A program made the translations under genes and the position numbers. From assembly GCA_963767005.1 (NCBI GenBank), contig CAVYCN010000003.1, positions 320,001-384,000 of the forward strand: 64,000 nucleotides of DNA. The letters run 5' to 3'. The notes beneath the pieces were generated by a model. It ran no database searches. It was given only the letters and a program-made list of their open reading frames with translations, and was not told the DNA's origin. The DNA is from an uncultured Actinomycetes bacterium. Lineage in GTDB: Bacteria > Actinomycetota > Thermoleophilia > UBA2241. Shown one piece after another: positions 20,139 to 29,619 of the stretch; within the stretch, counting starts at the first letter, position 1, and each line of letters starts with the position of its first letter.

Positions 20139-21167
20139 TCAGCGCCGCGCGGCGTTCAGCGCCGGCTCAGACGCGTAGGCGTCGAGGCCGATGTAGTCGG
20201 GCCAGGGCACGGCCGGCAGATGGCTAGCGGCCAGGCCGACCATGGCCGCGTTGTCCGTGCACAGCGCGACCGGCGGGACGTAGGCCGTGAGGCCGTGCCG
20301 CGCGCAGGCCTCGGCGAGGCGGCGGCGCAGCCGCGAGTTCGCGGCCACGCCGCCGCCGACCGCGACCCGGCGCAAGCCCTCGTCCTCGGCGCAGCGCACG
20401 GTCTTGCGCACGAGCTGGTCGACGATCGCCTCCTGGTAGGAAGCGGCGACGGCGGCGCGGCGGGCCTCGCCGACCGCGTCGTCGGGGTGCTCGCGCAGGT
20501 AGTAGAGCAGCGCCGTCTTGAGACCGCTGAAGCTGAAATCGAAGCCGCGCGGCAGGCTGCGCGGGAAGGCGACGGCGGCGGGGTCGCCGCGCGCCGCCAG
20601 CAGGTCGAGCTCGCGGCCGCCCGGATACGGCAGGCCGAGCAGACGGGCGCCCTTGTCGAACGCCTCGCCGGCCGCGTCGTCGAGCGTGCGGCCGATCACG
20701 CGGAACTCGACGCCGCGCTCGACCACGGCGAGCAGCGTGTGGCCGCCGCTCGCGGTGAGGCAGACGAACGGCGCCTCGACGCCGAGCGCATAGCTCGCCG
20801 CGAGGTGGCCCTGCAGGTGGTCGACCGGCGTGAGCGGCAGCCGTCGCGCGTAGGCCAGGGCCTTCGCGCCGGCCAGGCCCACGAGCAGCGCGCCGATCAG
20901 GCCGGGGCCGGTGGTCACAGCCACGCCCTCGACGTCGCCCCAGGAGACGCCGGCCTCGTCGAGCGCGTCGGCGACGGCGCCGACCAGCAGCTCGGCGTGG
21001 CGCCGCGACGCGACCTCCGGCACCACACCCCCGAAGGCGGCGTGGAACTCGTGCTGCGACGACACCACCGACGAGCGGATGGGGTCGGCGCCGGGCGCCG
21101 CCGCGGTGTCGACCAGCGCCGCGCTCGTGTCGTCGCACGAGGTCTCGATGCAGAGCAGCAGGCTCAC
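20139..21167 (-). CDS. tsaD: tRNA N6-adenosine threonylcarbamoyltransferase
   Basis: IETSCDDT, GGVVPEVASRRH, HLQGH, SGGHT, DDAAGEAFDK, CTDNAAM. Confidence 0.96.
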   Translation of the reverse strand: MSLLLCIETSCDDTSAALVDTAAAPGADPIRSSVVSSQHEFHAAFGGVVPEVASRRHAELLVGAVADALDEAGVSWGDVEGVAVTTGPGLIGALLVGLAGAKALAYARRLPLTPVDHLQGHLAASYALGVEAPFVCLTASGGHTLLAVVERGVEFRVIGRTLDDAAGEAFDKGARLLGLPYPGGRELDLLAARGDPAAVAFPRSLPRGFDFSFSGLKTALLYYLREHPDDAVGEARRAAVAASYQEAIVDQLVRKTVRCAEDEGLRRVAVGGGVAANSRLRRRLAEACARHGLTAYVPPVALCTDNAAMVGLAASHLPAVPWPDYIGLDAYASEPALNAARR

Positions 21168-21652
21168 GCCGAATCGCCCTCCCATTCCTTCCACATGATG
21201 AGGGCGTCTTCGCGGTTGTCGGAGTAGTAGCCGCGCCGCACGCCGGTCGTCACGAAGCCGTAGCTGCGGTAGAGCTCGATCGCCGGCTCGTTCGACACCC
21301 GCACCTCGAGCGTGTGGCCGCGGTGGGGGTGGTCCTCGGTGATAGCGAAGTAGCTCTCAAGCAGATCGGAGGCCACGTGACGGCGGCGCTGGGCCGCGCT
21401 CACCGCCAGGTTCATGACGTGCCAGACGTCGACGAACATGTCGGCGATCAGGTAACCCACGAGGCGGCCGTCGAGCGTGCAGCCCAGGCACAGCGCCTCG
21501 GGCTTGGTGACGAGCGACTGGAAGACGTTCGGGTGCCAGGGCAGCGTGAACGTGGCGCTCTCGATCGCGACGATCGCGGCGACGTCGGCCAGCACGAGGC
21601 GGCGGATCACGACCGGGGGTCCCGCCGGACGCCCGGGCAGCGTGTCGGTCAC
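21164..21652 (-). CDS. rimI: Ribosomal protein alanine N-acetyltransferase
   Basis: HVMNLAV, LEVRVSNEPAIELY, RRGYYSDNREDALIM; lies between tsaB and tsaD. Confidence 0.92.
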   Translation of the reverse strand: MTDTLPGRPAGPPVVIRRLVLADVAAIVAIESATFTLPWHPNVFQSLVTKPEALCLGCTLDGRLVGYLIADMFVDVWHVMNLAVSAAQRRRHVASDLLESYFAITEDHPHRGHTLEVRVSNEPAIELYRSYGFVTTGVRRGYYSDNREDALIMWKEWEGDSA

Positions 21653-22419
21653 GGCGCGCCTCCGCCCGTCGCGGCCGAGTCCGTACCGCTTCCGGCGGCC
21701 CGCCCAGGCGGTGGCGCGACGCCGGGGACGGCGTCGGGCTCGCGGCCGTAGATGGGCAGGGTCACGGCGAAGCCGCGCGTCACGGCGGGCGAGCCGGCCA
21801 GGAAGGTGCGGGCCACCATGAGCGCGTCGGGGGCGGCGACGGCGCGCTCGTGCACGACGGTCGGCGGCAGCCGGTCGGCATGCAGCAGCGCGCCGTCGCC
21901 GCCGACGAGCGCGCCCGGCCACAGCGCGAGGAAGGCCGCAAGGTCGCCGGCCGGCACGACTGTCAGGGCCACGGCCGGCGCGACGACGGGCCAGGGGAGC
22001 GCCGCGCCGGTCGCCGCGGGCAGCACGCGGTAGACGGCCGCGAACACCTCGTCGCGGCGGCCGTCGATCAGCGGCACGACGCAGGGGGCGCTCGCTCCGG
22101 CCTCGCCGGCGGCGAGGCCCCCGGCGAGCGCCTCGAGGCTCGGCACGCCGGCGAGCTCGAGGCCGGCGCCTTGCGCCAGCGCGCGCGCCGCCGCGATGCC
22201 GATGCGCAGCCCGGTGAACGTGCCGGGACCCAGGCCGCACACGACCGTGTCGATATCGGCGAGGCCGACGCCGGCCGCGGTCAGCGCCTCGTGCACGCCC
22301 TCAAGCAGGCGGCGCGCCGGGCGGCCGTCGGTGACCGGCCGCGAGCGGCCGAGCGCCGCACCGGCGCCGTCGACGACCGCAGCCGACGCCGCGCTTGCGG
22401 TATCGAGCGCGAGGATCAC
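21649..22419 (-). CDS. tsaB: tRNA threonylcarbamoyladenosine biosynthesis protein TsaB
   Basis: ILALDTA, GPGTFTGLRIG, DGRRDEVF, PIYGREPDA. Confidence 0.93.
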   Translation of the reverse strand: MILALDTASAASAAVVDGAGAALGRSRPVTDGRPARRLLEGVHEALTAAGVGLADIDTVVCGLGPGTFTGLRIGIAAARALAQGAGLELAGVPSLEALAGGLAAGEAGASAPCVVPLIDGRRDEVFAAVYRVLPAATGAALPWPVVAPAVALTVVPAGDLAAFLALWPGALVGGDGALLHADRLPPTVVHERAVAAPDALMVARTFLAGSPAVTRGFAVTLPIYGREPDAVPGVAPPPGRAAGSGTDSAATGGGAP

Positions 22420-22943
22420 GACGTCGCCTCGCCCGGTGCGGCCGCGACATCGGCCGCGACCATGACGTCGCCGAACCCGCCGGCGGCGCGCAGCGCGGCG
22501 CCGAGCGCCGCCTCGAACGCGGCGGCGGCGCGCAGCGTGAGACCGCGGCTTTCGAGCGTGCGATGGCTGAGCAGCACGTCGACATCGGCGGCCGGCAGCT
22601 CCGCCGCGGCCGCCTCGGGCCACTCCACGAACGTGAGCGCGGCGTCGCCGAGGTAGTCGTCGAAGGCGAACAGGCCGGCGTCGGCGCCCGGGCTCAGGCG
22701 GTACAGGTCGAGGTGGTGCAGGCGCAGGCCGTCAGTGCCCTCGTAGCTCTGGGCCAGCGTGAACGAGGGGCTCGCCACGACGCCTTCGACGCCCAGCGCG
22801 TGCAGGACCTCACGCACGAGCGTCGTCTTGCCGGTGCCGAGGTCGCCGCGCAACGCCACGAGCGCCGGCGGCACGAGCGCGACAGCGAGCAGCGAGGCGA
22901 ACGTCCCGGTGGCGTCCGGCGAGGTGAGCGTGGCGGTGAGCAT
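22416..22943 (-). CDS. tsaE: tRNA threonylcarbamoyladenosine biosynthesis ATPase TsaE
   Basis: GDLGTGKT, SPSFTL, HLDLYRL, VEWPE. Confidence 0.95.
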   Translation of the reverse strand: MLTATLTSPDATGTFASLLAVALVPPALVALRGDLGTGKTTLVREVLHALGVEGVVASPSFTLAQSYEGTDGLRLHHLDLYRLSPGADAGLFAFDDYLGDAALTFVEWPEAAAAELPAADVDVLLSHRTLESRGLTLRAAAAFEAALGAALRAAGGFGDVMVAADVAAAPGEATS

Positions 22944-22946
22944 GCG

Positions 22947-23687
22947 TCAGAAGAGGCCGAGCTGCTCGGCCGGGCCGCGCCCCGGGGGCGCCGGGGGCGG
23001 CGCCTGGCCGCGCTCCGGCGTGGTCGGCAGGACGCCCCGCGAGCCGATCGTCGGCGGCGGACCGTCGGCGCCGGCAGCAACGTCGTCGTCGGTCTCGAGC
23101 GGCAGCCCGAGCACCTCGGGCAGGCGCAGAAAGTCCTGCTTGAGCGTCTCGAGCATGGCCGGCGTGTACAGCGCGGCGGCCGGGTGGAAGATCGGATACA
23201 GGTAGAGCTCGCGGCCGCCCAGGCGCTTGCGCTGGGGGATGCCGTGCACGCGCGTGATGCCAGTCTGGCTGCCCGACAGGAGCTTGGTCGAGAAGTTGCC
23301 GAGGGTGCAAATCACGCGCGGCGCGATGAGCTCGATCTGGCGCAGCAGGTAGGGCTCGCAGGCCTCGATCTCCTCGGGCTTGGGGTCGCGGTTGTTGGGC
23401 GGCCGCGACTTGAGCACGTTACCGATGTAGACCTGCTCGCGCGACAGGCCGATCGTGGCGAGGAGCTGCTCGAGCAGCTTGCCGGCCTGGCCGACGAACG
23501 GCCGGCCCTGCTGGTCCTCGTGGTAGCCCGGCGCCTCGCCGACGAACATCAGGTCGCTGTGGGGGTCGCCCTCGCCGAAGACGACCCGGGTGCGCGTGCC
23601 GGCGAGCACGCAGCGCTCGCAGGCCTCGGCCTCGCGCCGCAGGGCGTCGAGCTCGGCTACGACCGGATCGTCAGTGGCAGGTGGCAC
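22947..23687 (-). CDS. Family 4 uracil-DNA glycosylase (start approximate)
   Basis: CERCVL, VFGEG, FVGEAPG, FVGQAG, RPPNNRDP, FHPAAALY. Confidence 0.92.
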   Translation of the reverse strand: MPPATDDPVVAELDALRREAEACERCVLAGTRTRVVFGEGDPHSDLMFVGEAPGYHEDQQGRPFVGQAGKLLEQLLATIGLSREQVYIGNVLKSRPPNNRDPKPEEIEACEPYLLRQIELIAPRVICTLGNFSTKLLSGSQTGITRVHGIPQRKRLGGRELYLYPIFHPAAALYTPAMLETLKQDFLRLPEVLGLPLETDDDVAAGADGPPPTIGSRGVLPTTPERGQAPPPAPPGRGPAEQLGLF

Positions 23688-23889
23688 AGGACGAGCCCGC
23701 ACACGTCGAGCAGCTCTTGCTCGCCCCGCCGCCGCCGAGGCCCGGCGAGCTCGAGTGGACAGCGAAGGCGGACAGCAGACGGCGCACGTCGCCGGTCGCG
23801 CACTCGGGGCAGCGCGGCTTGTCGCCGCTACGCACGAGCTCCTCGAACCGCAGCTCGCAGCGCTCGCAGATGAACTCGTAGATGGGCAT
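23671..23889 (-). CDS. FmdB family zinc-ribbon protein
   Basis: MPIYEFICERC...CPEC...LLSAF, Cys-rich tail; TACACT 6 nt upstream of ATG. Confidence 0.88.
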   Translation of the reverse strand: MPIYEFICERCELRFEELVRSGDKPRCPECATGDVRRLLSAFAVHSSSPGLGGGGASKSCSTCAGSSCATCH

Positions 23890-23989
23890 GGCGTCAGTGT
23901 ACCACCGGGCCATTTGCCGCCGCACTTTCGCGTGTCGGCGACGTCTATGTGCAGCAGGCACGTTTGTCCAAGCCGTCCAAGAGGCACGA

Positions 23990-24018
23990 TTGACGCTGCC
24001 GGCGCGCGCCCCTACTCT
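23990..24018 (+). promoter_or_regulatory. Promoter of the pan operon
   Basis: TTGACG-N17-TACTCT. Confidence 0.7.
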
Positions 24019-24176
24019 GTGAGTGGACGATCGGCCATCCGGCGGATCGGCCAACGTGCCCGCTTCGAGCCTGGTGCCGGAGACGGGGACGACCGCCCAG
24101 AAGAAAGGTTGCGCCGGGACGAAGGCCGGCGCGGTACCGCCCGCCACGGGAGGACTGCAGCCAAGGAGCCGTCGCC

Positions 24177-25064
24177 TTGCTTCCACGCGAAGCGCTGCGG
24201 ATCTGTGTGATCGGACCGGGCCGTCTGGGGCTGACGCTCGTCGCGTCGCTCAGGCAGGCCGGGTTCGCCGTACCCGCGGTGGCGGCCTCGCCGGGCAGCC
24301 GGCTCGAGCCCACCGCCGATCCGCCGCGACTCTCACTGCCCGACGCGGTCGCACAGGCCGACGTTATCTGGATCACCGTGCCCGACGACGCTATCGAGGG
24401 CGTCGCCCATGACGTCGCCGCCGCGCTGCCGGCGCCGCTCGAGCGGCCGGTCGCGGCCGTCCACTCGAGCGGCCTGGGCTCGCTCGCGCTGCTCGCGCCG
24501 CTCCGCGGCCGGGTGGCCGGCATCCTTTCGCTGCACCCCTTGCAGAGCTTCGCCGCCCCCGGCGACGCCGGCACGCTGCGCGGCGTGCCGGTGGCGGTCA
24601 CCGGCGACACGCCGGCCGACGTCGAGCTCGGCACCTGGCTCGCCGAGCGGCTCGGCTGCCGTCCGTTCGCCCTGGCCGACGACGCCAAGCCGCTCTACCA
24701 CCTGGCGGCCGCAGTGGCCAGCAATCTCTTCGTCGCCCTGCAGAGCGAGGCCGGCGAGCTCATGGCCGCGGCGGCGGGTCTCGAGCCCGGCGACGCCGCC
24801 CACCTGCTCGCGCCGCTCGTCGGCACGACGGCCGGCAACGTCGCCGCCCGGGGCCCGGCCGGCGCGCTCACCGGCCCGGTCGCCCGCGGCGACGTCGGCA
24901 CGGTGCGCGCCCACCTCGAGCTGCTGGACGAGTGCGCCCCGCGCTTCGCCGACACGTACCGCTCGCTCTCGCTGCAGGCGCTCCATCTCGCGGCGCCGCG
25001 CCTCGACGACGACACCGTTCGCGCCCTGCGCGAGTTGCTCGAGCGGCCCGAGGGGCGGCTGTGA
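24177..25064 (+). CDS. Rossmann-like/DUF2520 oxidoreductase (PanG-type ketopantoate reductase candidate)
   Basis: IGPGRLG, ITVPDDAI, HSSG, LHPLQSF, KPLYHLAAAVASN, LTGPVARGD; upstream of panC. Confidence 0.85.
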   Translation: MLPREALRICVIGPGRLGLTLVASLRQAGFAVPAVAASPGSRLEPTADPPRLSLPDAVAQADVIWITVPDDAIEGVAHDVAAALPAPLERPVAAVHSSGLGSLALLAPLRGRVAGILSLHPLQSFAAPGDAGTLRGVPVAVTGDTPADVELGTWLAERLGCRPFALADDAKPLYHLAAAVASNLFVALQSEAGELMAAAAGLEPGDAAHLLAPLVGTTAGNVAARGPAGALTGPVARGDVGTVRAHLELLDECAPRFADTYRSLSLQALHLAAPRLDDDTVRALRELLERPEGRL

Positions 25065-26101
25065 ACGCCGTCCCCGACAGGCCCCGCACGCCGGCCGCGC
25101 CACCGTCTGGCACGGCCGTGCCTCGCCCGGGCGGCCTGAAGGCCGCGGCGGTGCCCGTGACTCGCACCGTCCCCGAGACCCGCCGGGCGCTCGCCGCCCT
25201 GCCGCGACCGCTCGGCCTGGTTGCGACCATGGGAGCGTTGCACGAGGGTCACCTGGCGCTGGTGCGGGCCGCGGCGACGGACTGCGCGAGCGTCGCCGTC
25301 TCGATCTTCGTGAACCCCACGCAGTTCGGGCCCGCCGAGGACCTCTCGCGCTATCCGCGCGACGAGGCCCGCGACGTACGCCTCGCGACGGCCGCCGGCG
25401 CCACGCTCGTCTTCGCGCCGAGCGCCGCGGAGATGTATCCGGCAGACAGCGCGACCGCGGTGCACGTCGAAGGCCCTCCCGCAGCCGGCTTCGAGGCGGC
25501 CGCGCGGCCCGGTCACTTCGACGGCGTCGCGACGATCGTGACCAAGCTGCTCACGATCGTCGCTCCCGACCGCGCCTACTTCGGGCGCAAGGACGCCCAG
25601 CAGCTCGCCGTCGTGCGGCGCCTGGCCGCCGACCTCGACCTGCCGGTCGCGATCGTGGCGGTCGGCACCGTGCGCGAGCCCGACGGCCTGGCCATGAGCT
25701 CGCGCAACGCCTACCTCACGCCGGCCGAACGTGCGACGGCCCCCGAGCTGCACCGCGCCCTGCTGGCCGGCCGCGCGGCCGCCGGGCGCGGCGCGCCGGC
25801 GATCGTCGCCGCGGTCGCGGCGCATCTCGCCGGCGCGCCGCGCTTCGCGCTCGACTACGCCGTCGTCGTCGACCCCGACCGTTTCACGCCGGTCGCCGAC
25901 GATGCCTCCGTGCCGTCCGGCAGCCTGATCGTGGCGGCCGCGCGGCTCGGCGACACCAGACTGCTCGACAACGAGCCCGTCGGAGCTGCCCCACCGGCGG
26001 CGGGACCGATGGGCGTTGCGACGGACCAGGCACCCGACCCGCGCGGCGGGCCGGACACGACATCTCCGCCCGCAGCGCGGGCGGCGCGACAGGAGGACTG
26101 A
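25061..26101 (+). CDS. panC: Pantoate-beta-alanine ligase
   Basis: TMGALHEGH, SIFVNPTQF, RPGHFDGV, FGRKDAQQ, GLAMSSRN, RLLDN. Confidence 0.96.
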   Translation: MNAVPDRPRTPAAPPSGTAVPRPGGLKAAAVPVTRTVPETRRALAALPRPLGLVATMGALHEGHLALVRAAATDCASVAVSIFVNPTQFGPAEDLSRYPRDEARDVRLATAAGATLVFAPSAAEMYPADSATAVHVEGPPAAGFEAAARPGHFDGVATIVTKLLTIVAPDRAYFGRKDAQQLAVVRRLAADLDLPVAIVAVGTVREPDGLAMSSRNAYLTPAERATAPELHRALLAGRAAAGRGAPAIVAAVAAHLAGAPRFALDYAVVVDPDRFTPVADDASVPSGSLIVAAARLGDTRLLDNEPVGAAPPAAGPMGVATDQAPDPRGGPDTTSPPAARAARQED

Positions 26102-26107
26102 GACACC

Positions 26108-26581
26108 GTGGCGACAGTGATGATCAACGGTCGGCAGAAAGCGGCGGTCCGCGAGGGCCTGATGTGCGTCGTGACCGGCGCCATCGAGTTCTCGAGCGGC
26201 GGCAACGCCGCCATGATCGGCATCACCGACGAGGTGGCCGAGGCGGTCGCCCGCACAGGGCTGCGCGACGGCACGGTGACCGTGTTCGTGCCGGGCGCGA
26301 CCGGCGCCGTGACCACGCTCGAGTACGAGCCCGGCGTCGTGCACGACGTGCAGGAGATGCTCGACCAGATCACCCCGCCCGACCGGCACTACGTGCATAA
26401 CGACAACCTGCGCGACGGCAACGGCCACTCGCACGTGCGCGCCGGCCTGGTCGGCCCGTCGCTGACCGTGCCGTTCGTCGACGGCCGCCTCACGCTCGGC
26501 CGCTTTCAGACGATCGTCTTCTGCGACTTCGACGCGCGGCCTCGCGACCGTCAGCTCGTCGTCCAGGTGATGGGCGTATGA
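26108..26581 (+). CDS. YjbQ/UPF0047 family protein
   Basis: VPGATGAVTTLEYEPG, HND...DGNGHSHVRAGL, FCDFD; SD AGGAGG. Confidence 0.9.
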   Translation: MATVMINGRQKAAVREGLMCVVTGAIEFSSGGNAAMIGITDEVAEAVARTGLRDGTVTVFVPGATGAVTTLEYEPGVVHDVQEMLDQITPPDRHYVHNDNLRDGNGHSHVRAGLVGPSLTVPFVDGRLTLGRFQTIVFCDFDARPRDRQLVVQVMGV

Positions 26582-27915
26582 GCGGCGGTGGTGGCGGCGC
26601 GGCGGCGGGAACCGCCGGCGCGGCGCCCCGCGTGCCGCTGCAGGTGGCGCTCGACTTCGTCGACCTGCCGCGCGCCCTGCAGATCGCGCGCGAGGCTGTC
26701 GCCGGCGGCGCCGACTGGGTCGAGGCCGGCACGCCGCTCATCAAGGCCGAGGGTCTCGCGGCGGTGCGCGAGCTCAAGGCCGCCTTCCCCGACAAGCTCG
26801 TCTTCGCTGACTTAAAGACGATGGATGCCGGCCGCATCGAGGTCGAGTACGCGGCCAAGGCCGGCGCCGGCCTGGTCGGCGTGCTCGGCGCGGCCAGCGA
26901 CTCGACCATCAGGGAGTGCATCGAGGCGGCTCACAGCTACGGCTGCAAGCTGATCGTCGATATGATCGAGGTGGCCGATCCGGTGGCCCGCGCGCGCCAG
27001 GCCGAAGCCTGGGGGGCGGACTATGTCGGCATCCACACGGCGATCGACCAGCAGATGCGCGGCGAGGCGCCCTTCACCACGCTGCGCGCGGTGGCCGCGG
27101 CCGTCGCCATCCCGGTGAGCGCCGCCGGCGGCATAAACTCCGAGACGGCGGCCGCCGCCGTGGCCGCGGGTGCCGGCGTCGTCGTGGTCGGCGGCGCGAT
27201 CACCAAGGCGACCGACGCCACGGCTGCCGCCGCCGAGATCCGGCGCGCGCTCGACGAGGGCGTCGCCATCGAGACCACGCTCTACAAGCGCGCCGGCGAG
27301 GCCGACGTGCGCGCCGTGCTCGAGCGCGTCTCGACCGCCAACATCTCCGACGCCTGGCATCGTCAGCCCAGCCTGCACGGCATCAGGCCGCTGCTGCCCG
27401 GCGCCCACATGTGCGGTCCGGCGGTGACCGTGCGCACCTATCCCGGCGACTGGGCCAAGCCGGTCGAGGCGATCGACGAGTGCAAGCCGGGCGACGTGCT
27501 GGTGGTCGATGCCTTCAACAGCTATCCCGCCATCTGGGGCGAGCTCGCCACGCACAGCGCCGTGGTCAAGGGCCTCGCCGGACTGGTCGTGTGGGGCGCC
27601 ATCCGCGACACGCCCGAGATCGGCCGCATGGGGTTCCCCGCCTTCTCCAGCCTGGTGAGCGCCAACGCCGGCGAGCCCAAGGGCTTCGGCGAGATCAACG
27701 TGCCGGTGCTGATCGCCGGCCAGACCGTCGAGCCCGGCGACTGGGTGGTCGGCGACGACGACGGCGTGATCGTGCTGCCGCGGGCGCAGGCCGTCGAGCT
27801 TGCCAACCGCGCCATGGACGTGCTCGAGAAGGAGAACCGCCTGCGCGGCGAGATCGACGCCGGCAAGACGCTCGCCGAGGTCGCCTACCTGCAGAAGTGG
27901 GAGAAGGCGCGCTGA
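26578..27915 (+). CDS. 3-hexulose-6-phosphate synthase (HUMPS) - RraA/HMG-aldolase-like fusion protein
   Basis: LQVALD, VEAGTPLIK, ADLKTMDAG, HTAIDQQ, AGGIN (HPS barrel); TANISDA, WGEL, GAIRD, PGDWVVGDDDGV (RraA domain). Confidence 0.9.
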   Translation: MSGGGGGAAAGTAGAAPRVPLQVALDFVDLPRALQIAREAVAGGADWVEAGTPLIKAEGLAAVRELKAAFPDKLVFADLKTMDAGRIEVEYAAKAGAGLVGVLGAASDSTIRECIEAAHSYGCKLIVDMIEVADPVARARQAEAWGADYVGIHTAIDQQMRGEAPFTTLRAVAAAVAIPVSAAGGINSETAAAAVAAGAGVVVVGGAITKATDATAAAAEIRRALDEGVAIETTLYKRAGEADVRAVLERVSTANISDAWHRQPSLHGIRPLLPGAHMCGPAVTVRTYPGDWAKPVEAIDECKPGDVLVVDAFNSYPAIWGELATHSAVVKGLAGLVVWGAIRDTPEIGRMGFPAFSSLVSANAGEPKGFGEINVPVLIAGQTVEPGDWVVGDDDGVIVLPRAQAVELANRAMDVLEKENRLRGEIDAGKTLAEVAYLQKWEKAR

Positions 27916-27919
27916 CTCG

Positions 27920-27963
27920 CGGCGCCTGACGCCGCCGGCGCCCGCCGGCGGCGTCAGGCGCCG
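27920..27963. terminator. Long hairpin between convergent genes
   Basis: ~20-bp perfect stem ggcgcctgacgccgccggcg/cgccggcggcgtcaggcgcc. Confidence 0.6.
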
Positions 27964-28175
27964 GCGCGCACGGTCCAGTAGCGCCGCAGCGCGACGACCG
28001 TCCAGATCGCCTCGACCACGCCGAACGGCCAGGCGCCCGACAGAAAGCCGTAGGTGCTCGACAGCGCGCAGCCGGCGGCGAAGGCCACGATGAAGCCGGG
28101 CCCGCGCCGTTCGAGCGCGTACATCAGCATCATGAACGTCACCGCCACGACGCCGTACGCGGTGACCGCGCTCAT
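27954..28175 (-). CDS. Small membrane protein (73 aa)
   Basis: Three hydrophobic segments, YGFLSGAWPFGVVEAIW; 4-bp overlap with the upstream gene. Confidence 0.75.
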   Translation of the reverse strand: MSAVTAYGVVAVTFMMLMYALERRGPGFIVAFAAGCALSSTYGFLSGAWPFGVVEAIWTVVALRRYWTVRAGA

Positions 28176-28699
28176 GTCCGCCTCCCTGGTCGCCCCGCCC
28201 GCACCGCCCGCAGCGTATCACCCTCGCCGACGGCGGCCCCGAGCGCGGCGCGCAGCGCGGCCAGGCTCGGCGCCAGCACCAGATGACCGTGGCAGCCGCA
28301 ATCCGACGAGCCGAAGCCGGCGGCGGGACCGGGCGCCGGATCACCGGCGGGCCGGGACGGGGGCCGCGCACCCGCGGCGCCCGGCGCGGCGCCCGCGAGC
28401 ACCGGCGCGAGCGTTGCCCGCAGGCGTCCGGCGAGCGCGCACTCGTCGAGCGCGGTGTCGAGCAGCCAGGCGCGTCGAGCCGGCCACGGCGTGAAGAGGT
28501 AGTCGGCGTGCCAGCGCAGCGGTTTGGCGGCGCGGCAGTGGCGCGCGACGCGGGCGTCCCGCCCGCGTCGCGCGCTGCCCACGTAAGCCTGCCAGCCGCG
28601 CTCGAGGCGCACCGGTCCGAGGGCGCCCACCGTGATCGTCGCGCGCCGCGGCAGCCAGGCCGCGACCACGTACAGGCGGTTGGGCGGCGGCACCGTCAC
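28172..28699 (-). CDS. DUF123/GIY-YIG nuclease family protein
   Basis: AYVGSA, RVARH, LRWHADYL, ECALA, GFGSSDCGCHGHL. Confidence 0.8.
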   Translation of the reverse strand: MTVPPPNRLYVVAAWLPRRATITVGALGPVRLERGWQAYVGSARRGRDARVARHCRAAKPLRWHADYLFTPWPARRAWLLDTALDECALAGRLRATLAPVLAGAAPGAAGARPPSRPAGDPAPGPAAGFGSSDCGCHGHLVLAPSLAALRAALGAAVGEGDTLRAVRAGRPGRRT

Positions 28700-29619
28700 G
28701 GCGAGAACGGCCGCCCCGCGGCGTCGCGGCGGCGGAACGGCTCGGCCACCGCCGGGTCGACCAGCCGGCCGTAGAGCGCCGGGCGCCGGAAAGCGCCGCC
28801 GAGCACCTCGGCCCGGCGCCAGGCGCGTAGCTCGTCGAGATCGAAGGCGGCGAGGACGACGGCCTCGTCGGGCCCGGCCCGCACCACGGTGGTGTTGCGG
28901 CCGCGACCCGCGGCGTCCCAGGCGCAGGGATGGAAGGCGACCGAGTGACCGTCGCAGTCGGCGTGCGTGGCCGGGTAGTTGGCGAGGGCGACGGCGACCA
29001 TGTTCTCGAACGCCCGGGCACGGAGCTGGCCGGTGCGGTTGTCCTCCATCGGACAGGCGTTGGGCACCAGGAGCAGCTCGGCGCCGTCGAGGGCGAGCAC
29101 GCGCGCCGTCTCGGGGAGCTCGCGATCGAAGCAGATCATCGCGCCGACCCGGACCGGGCCGGCCGCGGTGTCAAGCGTGGCGACCGGCAGGCCGTCGCCG
29201 GCCACCAGGGCCGCCTCGGGCCAGTCGAACGCGCAGGTGTGGACCTTGGCGTACCGGAGCGCCTCGCGACCGTGACGGTCGACCAGCGACACGGTGTTGC
29301 GCGGCCCGCCGGCCGTGGCCTCGAGATACGTGACGGCGATCGCCAGGCCGAGCTCGTTCGCGAGGCGGGCGAAACGGGCGACGAAGGGGGCGTCGGCGGT
29401 GACCGCCTGCGCGCGCCAGCGGGCGAGCGCGGCGGCGGCCGGCGCCGTCCGCTCTCCCTCGAACCCGTAGCCGATGTTCCACATCTCGGGGAACAGGGCG
29501 AGGTCGGCGCCCAGCGCGGCGGCCCGCCGGCAGGCGGCCTCACCGCGTCGCAGGTTCTCGTCCTGGTCGTAACCGGCCGCCTCGATCTGCAGCAGCGCCA
29601 CCGTGAGCGCGGCGCTCAT
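28696..29619 (-). CDS. Carbon-nitrogen hydrolase (nitrilase superfamily)
   Basis: Catalytic triad LFPEMW / YAKVH / MICFDRELPE, RARAFEN. Confidence 0.9.
   Translation of the reverse strand: MSAALTVALLQIEAAGYDQDENLRRGEAACRRAAALGADLALFPEMWNIGYGFEGERTAPAAAALARWRAQAVTADAPFVARFARLANELGLAIAVTYLEATAGGPRNTVSLVDRHGREALRYAKVHTCAFDWPEAALVAGDGLPVATLDTAAGPVRVGAMICFDRELPETARVLALDGAELLLVPNACPMEDNRTGQLRARAFENMVAVALANYPATHADCDGHSVAFHPCAWDAAGRGRNTTVVRAGPDEAVVLAAFDLDELRAWRRAEVLGGAFRRPALYGRLVDPAVAEPFRRRDAAGRPFSP

Noticed and set aside
23671-23690. CATCH (CxxCH) at the FmdB-like C-terminus as cytochrome c
   Set aside because: Cys-rich tails are usual in this zinc-ribbon family and there is no export signal
24084-24131. 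Guanidine-II riboswitch (ACGA-containing loops)
   Set aside because: Stems around ACGA are weak or have the wrong loop size, and the downstream genes are for pantothenate
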